DNA from: a virus
Virus record (IMG/VR): IMGVR_UViG_3300016471_000517
Span: 32,001-96,000 of that record
Length of the DNA: 64,000 nt
Reading direction: 5' to 3' (one strand)
Of the stretch, positions 8,977 to 16,056 are shown piece by piece. The position numbers and the translations under genes were made by a program. The notes below the pieces were generated by a model that searched no databases, was not told where the DNA came from, and saw only the letters and a program-made list of their open reading frames with translations. Each line of letters begins with the position of its first letter. The stretch's first letter is position 1.

Positions 8977-9270
8977 ATGGCTACTAAGAAGACCGCAAAG
9001 AACGCTTCAATCACTCTGCACCCCTTGCTCCAAAAGAGAATGGAGTTTTACCAAGAAATGTTTACTTGGTGTATTGAAAACTGGGATAAGTTGCGCAAGT
9101 ATGAAGTAGGCTCCGAAGTTCTCTTTTCCTGTTTCCCTTGGAAATTGCAGCGCGAGTTAGGGGAAACTTATCATATCCGTGGGCGTTTCGATGATGAATG
9201 GCACAAACTGAGGGGGAAGAAAGCAATTACGTTTAAAGATCTTTGTCATCTTTTTTACCTTTGTAAATAA
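8977..9270 (+). CDS. hypothetical protein inserted in the HEAT array
   Basis: shares AAGGAAACAAAATGGCTACTAAG start cassette with HEAT genes but unrelated body. Confidence 0.75.
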   Translation: MATKKTAKNASITLHPLLQKRMEFYQEMFTWCIENWDKLRKYEVGSEVLFSCFPWKLQRELGETYHIRGRFDDEWHKLRGKKAITFKDLCHLFYLCK

Positions 9271-9891
9271 AATCTTGAATCCAAGAAACTCCGAATCAAG
9301 ATTTCTGTTGAGAAAGTAAAGTAAACCACAATGCCCGACCTGAGTTGAGACCTAAAAGGAAACAAAATGGCTACCAAGACTACCAATAAACTCCTGAAAG
9401 ACCTTGACAACAAGGATGTTGACATCCGCTATGCTGCTGCGTATCATTCCAATGCTACGCCCGAAGTCCTGCTGAAGGCTATGGAAGACAAGAATTCGGG
9501 TGTCCGCCGTGGTGCTGCACTTAATCCTAATGCTACGCCAGAAGTCCTCCTGAAGGCTTTGGAAGACGAGGATGTTGATGTCCGCTATGCTGCTGCCAAT
9601 AATCCAAGTGCTACTCCCGAAGTCCTCCTGAAGGCTCTTGAAGACGAGGAGTGGTGTGTCCGCAGTTATGCTGCCGGGAATCCCAATGCCACTCCCGAAG
9701 TTCTCGCGAAGGCAATCATGGACCGGTGGAATGATGTTCGTGATGCTGCTGAAGCAAATCTTGAATCCAAGAAACTCCGAATCAAGATTTCTGTTGAGAA
9801 AGTAAAGTAAACCACAATGCCCGACCTGAGTTGAGACCTGAAAGGAAACAAAATGGCTACTAAGATTACCAACAAACTCCTGAAAGACTTA
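9270..9891 (+). repeat. direct repeat of about 130 bp (9270-9405 and 9756-9891)
   Basis: AAATCTTGAATCCAAGAAACTCCG...AAAGGAAACAAAATGGCTAC nearly identical, offset 486. Confidence 0.9.
9367..9810 (+). CDS. HEAT/LRV-repeat protein, 4 repeats, alternative C-cap
   Basis: same repeat; ends NLESKKLRIKISVEKVK. Confidence 0.9.
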   Translation: MATKTTNKLLKDLDNKDVDIRYAAAYHSNATPEVLLKAMEDKNSGVRRGAALNPNATPEVLLKALEDEDVDVRYAAANNPSATPEVLLKALEDEEWCVRSYAAGNPNATPEVLAKAIMDRWNDVRDAAEANLESKKLRIKISVEKVK

Positions 9892-10467
9892 GACAGCGAT
9901 AATCTCGATGTCCGCCTTACTGCTGCCAGTAATCCCAATGCCACTCCTGAAGTCCTCCTGAAGGCTATGGAAGACAGTAATAGGAATGTCCGCTATGCTG
10001 CTGCCAGTAATCCCAATGCCACTCCTGAAGTCTTGATGAAGGCTTTGGAAGATGAGGAAGTTTGGGTTCGTCGTGATGCTGCATACCATCCCAATGCTAC
10101 TCCAGAAGTCCTGACCAAGGCGATGGAAAACAAGGATGAGTATGTTCGTCGGGATGCGGCAGCGAATCCCAATGCCACTCCTGAAGTACTCCTGAAGGCT
10201 ATGGAGGACAAGGATTCGGATGTCCGTGAGGGTGCTGCGGAGAATCCCAACGCCACTTCTGAAGTCCTGCTGAAGGCAATTGGAGACAGGTTTGTTAAGA
10301 TCCGTGAGGCTGCTGCCGGGAATCCCAATGCCACTCCTGAAGTCTTGTTGAAGGCAATTGGAGACAAGAATTCGGATGTTCGCAGCGCTGCTCAAGAGAG
10401 TTTACAAAACGATCCCATTCTTCAACTCCAAGTTGCTGCTCTCAAAGCACAGAAAGTCGCCTCTTAA
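9853..10467 (+). CDS. HEAT/LRV-repeat protein, 6 repeats
   Basis: same repeat and caps. Confidence 0.9.
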   Translation: MATKITNKLLKDLDSDNLDVRLTAASNPNATPEVLLKAMEDSNRNVRYAAASNPNATPEVLMKALEDEEVWVRRDAAYHPNATPEVLTKAMENKDEYVRRDAAANPNATPEVLLKAMEDKDSDVREGAAENPNATSEVLLKAIGDRFVKIREAAAGNPNATPEVLLKAIGDKNSDVRSAAQESLQNDPILQLQVAALKAQKVAS

Positions 10468-10486
10468 AAAATTCGGGAAAACAACA

Positions 10487-10768
10487 ATGATTACCAAGAT
10501 TAAGAACAATACCAAGAAACCGACGAAATATCATTACTTTTTCAATTACAACAGAGGAAACTATTTTCAGATTTCCCATGGATTGGAAAAGCGTTATGGC
10601 AAAATGTTTTATGGTTCGGGAATTCACTTGACAGGGAAGGCGTTTGATATACACTTCTACTGCACTCCGAAGGAGTACAAGCGCATCGTGGCTTGCGCTC
10701 GTCGTCGCTACGGCAAAATCAAGAGCATCACTCGTTATACCGAAGAAGCCCTTTACGGAGATGACTGA
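10487..10768 (+). CDS. hypothetical protein
   Basis: MITKIK start in same leader context as HEAT genes. Confidence 0.7.
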   Translation: MITKIKNNTKKPTKYHYFFNYNRGNYFQISHGLEKRYGKMFYGSGIHLTGKAFDIHFYCTPKEYKRIVACARRRYGKIKSITRYTEEALYGDD

Positions 10769-10882
10769 TATGGCTACCAAGAACAAGACCAAGATCGAAA
10801 AAACTCCCCTCACCCTCCGATGTTCTGCGGGATATCTGTGAGGCGTATGAGACTATTCAACGACTGACTAAAAGGAGATACC

Positions 10883-11272
10883 ATGAATAAAAAAATTGCA
10901 ACACGTTGGGTTAAGGCTTTGCGTTCGGGTAAGTACAAGCAGGGAACAGACTATCTGTGTAAGACGGAAGATGGGCACACCAAACATTGCTGCTTGGGGG
11001 TTTTGACGGATATGTATCAGCAAGAATGCAAACGCAATAAGAAGAAGGCATTGTCTGTTAAAATTATTAGTGGGTCTCATCCTAGTTACACTGTGTTTAC
11101 CTACAATAAAGAAGATAAAGTTCTTCCTGTTGCGGTAAAAAAATGGGCTGGAATGAAAAATAGAAGTGGCCGTATTGAAACAGAAAACGAATGTCTTGCC
11201 TTCATGAACGATGAGGGGGATTCTTTTAAGAAAATTGCAAACTTTATAGAGAAGAACTATGACAAACTTTGA
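10883..11272 (+). CDS. conserved phage hypothetical protein
   Basis: WVKALRSGKYKQG...CCLGVL...MNDEGDSFKKIA; AAGGAG RBS. Confidence 0.8.
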   Translation: MNKKIATRWVKALRSGKYKQGTDYLCKTEDGHTKHCCLGVLTDMYQQECKRNKKKALSVKIISGSHPSYTVFTYNKEDKVLPVAVKKWAGMKNRSGRIETENECLAFMNDEGDSFKKIANFIEKNYDKL

Positions 11273-11525
11273 ACACATAGACTACCGCTTACGCTGCCAT
11301 AGCAAGCGCACCGATCTTCCCCCTGATGTTCTGCGGGATATCTGTGAGGCGTATGAGGCTATTGAACGACTGACAAAAGAGCGCGACGAGGCAAGACGAG
11401 AAGTTTCCCAATCGCAAGCGCAGTACAACTCCTTCATGTTTGACAATTCTTGTTTCCACGATCCTCATGCCATTGCTGAGTCAAGGGGATGGGATTGCTT
11501 CAAGGAGAATGCCGATGCCCGATAG
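11259..11525 (+). CDS. hypothetical protein (ERDEARRE...RGWDCFKE motif)
   Basis: ORF overlapping neighbours; motif shared with next gene. Confidence 0.7.
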   Translation: MTNFEHIDYRLRCHSKRTDLPPDVLRDICEAYEAIERLTKERDEARREVSQSQAQYNSFMFDNSCFHDPHAIAESRGWDCFKENADAR

Positions 11526-11772
11526 AGATTCAAATGGTGTGGATATCCTTGATCGCTTCTTGGCATTCAAGTATCGGTTCATGCAGTTTAGTGTGACCGA
11601 GGATGTCTTTAATCAGGTGGTTGAATATATCAAGGAACTCCGCAAGGAACGCGACGAGGCGAGGCGGGAGGTGTGCAGGAACGAGGCCAACCATCTACCA
11701 ACTATGGCTGATCCGCACAGAGAAGCAAGGCGGCGTGGATGGGATTGCTTCAAGGAGGGCGGCAATGTGTGA
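11515..11772 (+). CDS. hypothetical protein (ERDEARRE...RGWDCFKE motif)
   Basis: AAGGAG RBS; C-terminal paralog of previous gene. Confidence 0.7.
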   Translation: MPDRDSNGVDILDRFLAFKYRFMQFSVTEDVFNQVVEYIKELRKERDEARREVCRNEANHLPTMADPHREARRRGWDCFKEGGNV

Positions 11773-12046
11773 TAAACACGGAATGTCTGAAGAGCGTTGG
11801 AACTACCTCATGCAGCCCTTTGATGACAATTGGGATGTCATGCTCACGGCAGAGGAACTGAAAAATGGATGGCATTGGTGTGATGAATGGGACGGGCTTC
11901 TAATTCATGTGGATGAACGTGAGTTTGAGCATTGCAAATGTGATTTTATGAAAAAGTTTCGGACTCCTGAGAGACTTCAGAGAATGAAGCAGGAACAGGC
12001 GATGGATAAACTCGCAGACCTTGATGAAGAACTTGGATTGCACTAA
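11765..12046 (+). CDS. hypothetical protein
   Basis: GGAGG RBS; GWHWCDEWDGL..C.C motif. Confidence 0.7.
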   Translation: MCDKHGMSEERWNYLMQPFDDNWDVMLTAEELKNGWHWCDEWDGLLIHVDEREFEHCKCDFMKKFRTPERLQRMKQEQAMDKLADLDEELGLH

Positions 12047-12058
12047 TAAATATTCTAA

Positions 12059-12817
12059 ATGCACTACACAACAGTCTTTCTGTCAGACTTTCACCTTGCC
12101 TCCAAAAAAGCAAAGTACAAGCCTCTCATAGACTTCTTGAAGTCCAATACCTTTGATAACATCTACTTGGTAGGTGACATCATAGACATTTGGAGATTCA
12201 AGGACGCATTCTCCATGAAACATGAGAAGCAGATTGGACAGGTTGAAGTCGTGGAAAGACTGTTGAAACTTTCTCGTAAAGGAACCAAGATTCATTACAT
12301 CTATGGAAACCATGACGAGTTCATGGCAAAGTTCATAGGGCATGAAATATTTGGAAATATTTCTCTGTACGAGAGAATGGATTACACCACCAAGAACGGA
12401 AAGAAGTTTCTCGTTCTTCACGGACATCAGTTTGATTTGCTAACCAAGTATCCAATCAGTTCTTCTCTTTACAAACTTGGAGACATTGGATACGAAATTA
12501 TGCTTGATCTAAATGAAATTTTCAATTGGTGTCGTAGAGCATTAGGAATGCGATACTGGTCTTTGTCCAAGTATGTAAAGATTAAAGTAAAGAGGGCAGC
12601 ACAGTTCATTGAAAGTTTTGAAGATGTTATATGCAGATACGCCAAGGACAAGAAGTATGATGGTGTAATCTGCGGTCATCTTCACAATCCAAAAATTGCG
12701 GAAGTGCATGGGACGGTATACGCAAACTGCGGATGCTGGACTGAAAAAGATAACTGCACTTTTCTCTATGAGGATAACAAAGGAGAACTGAAAATTGGAA
12801 CCTACGCAATCGAATAA
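12059..12817 (+). CDS. calcineurin-like metallophosphoesterase, LpxH-like
   Basis: SDFH, GDIID, GNHD, HGHQFD, CGHLH motifs. Confidence 0.85.
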   Translation: MHYTTVFLSDFHLASKKAKYKPLIDFLKSNTFDNIYLVGDIIDIWRFKDAFSMKHEKQIGQVEVVERLLKLSRKGTKIHYIYGNHDEFMAKFIGHEIFGNISLYERMDYTTKNGKKFLVLHGHQFDLLTKYPISSSLYKLGDIGYEIMLDLNEIFNWCRRALGMRYWSLSKYVKIKVKRAAQFIESFEDVICRYAKDKKYDGVICGHLHNPKIAEVHGTVYANCGCWTEKDNCTFLYEDNKGELKIGTYAIE

Positions 12818-12989
12818 TCATCTTTATGACGATTATAGACCTACAAAATGGCATGATCCATTTGTTCTATATGGTTGCTTGATACTACTAATTCCTGTGG
12901 TATTATATGGAATTATGTGTGGAATAATTCGGGATACAATAAAACCACCAAAGTCAACAAAAACTTGTATGAACTCTGGTAAGCAATAA
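12795..12989 (+). CDS. small membrane protein (start uncertain)
   Basis: single hydrophobic segment. Confidence 0.4.
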   Translation: MEPTQSNNHLYDDYRPTKWHDPFVLYGCLILLIPVVLYGIMCGIIRDTIKPPKSTKTCMNSGKQ

Positions 12990-13105
12990 ATGGATAAAAA
13001 AATTCCAATATTCTGGTTTTTCTTTTTTACTTTCATGCCAGTCTTTATGATGGCACTAAGCGAAATCATTATTTGGATAGATGAAGTAATAATAAATAAA
13101 CTAGA

Positions 13106-13179
13106 TAGGCATTAACTCAGCTTGGTAGAGTGCTTGCTTTGGGAGCAAGATGTCGTTGGTTCAAATCCAGCATGCCTAA
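13106..13179 (+). tRNA. tRNA-Pro(UGG)
   Basis: acceptor TAGGCAT/ATGCCTA, anticodon arm CTTGC-TTTGGGA-GCAAG, T loop TTCAAAT. Confidence 0.9.
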
Positions 13180-13181
13180 TT

Positions 13182-13508
13182 ATGTGTGACTCAAAAAATT
13201 ATTATAGAAAACTAGCAAGACAAGCCGTAAAAAAACAATACGATGAGTACATGAAAGACAAAAAGTGTGCTCATTGTGGTAATGATGATATAAGAGTTTT
13301 GCAATGGCATCATTTGGATCCATCACAAAAAGATGCAAATGTTCCCAATCTTGTCTCAAGATACAAGTGGAAAAGAGTACTTGCTGAAATAAGTAAGTGC
13401 ATATGCCTTTGTGCAAATTGTCATTGTATAGAACACCATGTAAACAGAGACAAGTATAAGTACAAACTTAAAAATTTATTCTTGCCTCTTCCTTTTCTTG
13501 ATACATAA
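13182..13508 (+). CDS. HNH endonuclease-like protein
   Basis: CAHCG...WHHLDP...CICLCANCH..EH. Confidence 0.8.
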   Translation: MCDSKNYYRKLARQAVKKQYDEYMKDKKCAHCGNDDIRVLQWHHLDPSQKDANVPNLVSRYKWKRVLAEISKCICLCANCHCIEHHVNRDKYKYKLKNLFLPLPFLDT

Positions 13509-13515
13509 TACACCT

Positions 13516-13680
13516 ATGAAAACTATTCTAAACAAACTTACCGTACCTTTTCTTGTCTTTCTTGGCTTTAACATGATTGGTTTTTGTTATCACAAAAACT
13601 ATGAAGGAGCAGTTGCTGGCAGTCTTGTTGGAATGCTTGTTGCAATTCTTGTACTAGAAGTCAAAGTTAAATTGGATTAA
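13516..13680 (+). CDS. small two-TM membrane protein
   Basis: two hydrophobic segments; ATG 7 nt after TTGCCT-16-CATAAT. Confidence 0.65.
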   Translation: MKTILNKLTVPFLVFLGFNMIGFCYHKNYEGAVAGSLVGMLVAILVLEVKVKLD

Positions 13681-13692
13681 TGGATAGTAGTC

Positions 13693-13766
13693 GGCCCTTT
13701 CGTCTAGTCGGTCTAGGACACGGCCCTTTCAAGGCCATAACATGGGTTCGAATCCCGTAAGGGTCA
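13693..13766 (+). tRNA. tRNA-Glu(UUC)
   Basis: cloverleaf, loop CTTTCAA, GGTTCGAATCC. Confidence 0.9.
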
Positions 13767-13768
13767 TT

Positions 13769-13996
13769 ATGACATTGCCACACGAAGAATACAATAGTCT
13801 TACAAATACAAGAGAATTTTTATACGATCTTTTGGATGCACATAAGACACCAAACGTGCCAAAGGCAATCAGAGATCGTGCAAGAGATGTGTTGAAGCAT
13901 TATCCGTTTGACACAACTCTAAAGCAATTTTATAAAGAAAGCATGCATCATCCTGATCGTGGAATTCACGGATGGGGAAAAGGAAAAGACGAATGA
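13769..13996 (+). CDS. conserved hypothetical protein (BPSL0761-like)
   Basis: MTLPxE...TREFL...PKAIR.RA...LKHYP pattern. Confidence 0.65.
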   Translation: MTLPHEEYNSLTNTREFLYDLLDAHKTPNVPKAIRDRARDVLKHYPFDTTLKQFYKESMHHPDRGIHGWGKGKDE

Positions 13997-14439
13997 ACAA
14001 TTCAATTGATAATCACCCAGATCAACTGGATAAACTAATTTCAAATTATCCAATTGTATTCAAGCACCTTGATAAAACTATATCTCATAATCTTCCTGCC
14101 GGTTGGTATAAGATTGTGGATAAACTGTGCTCAGAACTTACTCCAATTCTTCTTGAGGCTCTTGAAGAAAGTCCAGAGACTCCTGAAGAACCTCTATTCA
14201 GCGTTCTACAGGTCAAGGAGAAGTTTGGTGGTCTTCGATTTTATTACATGATGAATACGAAGGACGACGAACTTTATAAAAAGATTCAATCACTTGTTGA
14301 CGACGCTGAAGATGCTTCATATGTAACTTGTCAAGTAACTGGAAAGTTGGGTGCTTTGTCTAAAAGTGGTTCTCATTACATGACTTTGTGTGAAGATTCT
14401 CGCAATTCCATGAACTACAAGATTATTGGCAATGGATAA
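13993..14439 (+). CDS. conserved phage hypothetical protein
   Basis: GW..I...QVKEKFGGLRFY...C..G motif. Confidence 0.8.
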   Translation: MNNSIDNHPDQLDKLISNYPIVFKHLDKTISHNLPAGWYKIVDKLCSELTPILLEALEESPETPEEPLFSVLQVKEKFGGLRFYYMMNTKDDELYKKIQSLVDDAEDASYVTCQVTGKLGALSKSGSHYMTLCEDSRNSMNYKIIGNG

Positions 14440-14986
14440 CAGAAACCTCATCGACCATTATAAATATTGGACTGATGATGCCATTAGAGCTGATCTTGAC
14501 GTTAAGCGCAATAACTTTTCTGTTGTCTGCTGCAACATTGGCAACGACTTTAATATTGCTACCGTTATACGGAATGCTAATGCGTTTCTGGCGAGAGAGG
14601 TTGTAATCTATGGTAACAAGAAATACGACCGACGAGGGACTGTTGGTACGCATCATTACACCAACTTCCGCCATGTCAAAAGCATTGAAAATCTCAGCAC
14701 CTATGTTGAAGAAGTTGTTTCCGAGTTTGAAGGAAAAGTTAAACTATTGGGAATTGACAATGTTTCTCAAGCACAAGATGTAAATGCATACGAATTCGAC
14801 CCAAGTATTCATTATGTGATGATTTTTGGACAGGAACAAATCGGTGTTCCCGAAAACGTTCTAAGTATGTGTGATGATCTTCTTTACATTCCTCAGTATG
14901 GTTCTGTGAGAAGCATCAATGTTGGTACGGCATCGGGAATTATTATGAACAATTACTGTGCTAAGGTTCACTCCCTTGTGAGGTAA
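14426..14986 (+). CDS. TrmH/SpoU (SPOUT) RNA 2'-O-methyltransferase
   Basis: NIATVIRNANAF, IFGQEQIG, IPQYGSVRSINVGTA motifs. Confidence 0.85.
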   Translation: MAMDNRNLIDHYKYWTDDAIRADLDVKRNNFSVVCCNIGNDFNIATVIRNANAFLAREVVIYGNKKYDRRGTVGTHHYTNFRHVKSIENLSTYVEEVVSEFEGKVKLLGIDNVSQAQDVNAYEFDPSIHYVMIFGQEQIGVPENVLSMCDDLLYIPQYGSVRSINVGTASGIIMNNYCAKVHSLVR

Positions 14987-15042
14987 AGGTAGCCTATTAG
15001 ACTTTGATTCTAAGTGTAAACGTTCGAATCGTTTCAAGGGAA
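14972..15042 (+). tRNA. tRNA-Gln(UUG)
   Basis: acceptor TCCCTTG/CAAGGGA, TTAGA-CTTTGAT-TCTAA, TTCGAAT. Confidence 0.85.
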
Positions 15043-15091
15043 TTTAGTAGTATTTCTCACCGTCAAAACTTTATGTTACCTAAATATATAC

Positions 15092-15793
15092 ATGAAGAAA
15101 AAACATTCTCCAATATGGAAAATATCAAAAGATAGTTTAGAAAATATTGTAAAAAATTGTTCGACTGTTTCTTGTATACTATTACATTTTGGTTTATCTA
15201 ATAAGGGTGGAAACTATAAAACATTAAAGTCTAGACTGGAAGCTGATAATATAGATTTTAGTCATATTCAATTGGGAATTGGTGCAAATAAAAATAAAAC
15301 ATGGATTACGAAAACAAGAACTCCTTTTGATCAAATGTTTTGTGAAAATTCAATATTTACAAGAAATTCAATAAGAAAAAGAATTTTGATTGATAAATTA
15401 ATAGAACAAAAATGTGCTTTATGTAATTTACATAATGAATGGAATGGAAAAACTTTATCCCTCCATTTAGATCACATAAATGGAGATGGTACTGATAATA
15501 GTCTAAGCAATTTAAGATTTTTGTGTCCAAATTGCCATTCACAAACAGATACTTACGCTGGGAAAAAATTTAAAAAATACAATCTATGCCCATCTTGTAA
15601 TTGTCGTATTCATCACAAATCAAAACTATGTAAAAAGTGTTCTTCAAGTATTAGAAATAAAAAATTTGAAGTAACAAAAGAAGAATTAGAAACATTAGTA
15701 AAAAATAAACCGTTCACACAAATTGGAAAACTTTTTAATGTTTCAGATAATGCAATAAGAAAAAGATGTAAAGTTTTAGGAATTCAAATATGA
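15092..15793 (+). CDS. HNH homing endonuclease
   Basis: LDHINGD..DN...NLRFLCPNCHSQT, Zn finger, C-terminal HTH; very AT-rich. Confidence 0.9.
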   Translation: MKKKHSPIWKISKDSLENIVKNCSTVSCILLHFGLSNKGGNYKTLKSRLEADNIDFSHIQLGIGANKNKTWITKTRTPFDQMFCENSIFTRNSIRKRILIDKLIEQKCALCNLHNEWNGKTLSLHLDHINGDGTDNSLSNLRFLCPNCHSQTDTYAGKKFKKYNLCPSCNCRIHHKSKLCKKCSSSIRNKKFEVTKEELETLVKNKPFTQIGKLFNVSDNAIRKRCKVLGIQI

Positions 15794-16056
15794 AAGATAA
15801 ACAAATGAAACCAGTAGGAAAATGGATACTCGCAAAGTCTTTGATTGGTGGTCAGAAGACTACCGAAGCAGGAATCATTTATAATGAGAGATCTTCTTCG
15901 AAGATAATTCCTGCAAAAGTAGAAGCTATCGGAAATAAACTAACAGAAGACATTCAGGTTGGTGATACGATCTGGTGGGATGTCAGCAAAATTAAAGATG
16001 GCTATGCTGGCTCACACGTAGTTCACCAAGACTGGGTTGAGTTTGTAGAGCGATAA
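15790..16056 (+). CDS. GroES-like co-chaperonin
   Basis: MKPVGKWIL...TTEAGII...VEAIG...IQVGD. Confidence 0.7.
   Translation: MKDKQMKPVGKWILAKSLIGGQKTTEAGIIYNERSSSKIIPAKVEAIGNKLTEDIQVGDTIWWDVSKIKDGYAGSHVVHQDWVEFVER

Noticed and set aside
7249-10395. Minus-strand and alternate-frame repeat ORFs over the HEAT array
   Set aside because: Shadows of the 78-bp repeat.
7316-10467. Diversity-generating retroelement as the source of HEAT variation
   Set aside because: No reverse transcriptase in the window; differences are patch swaps, not adenine-specific.
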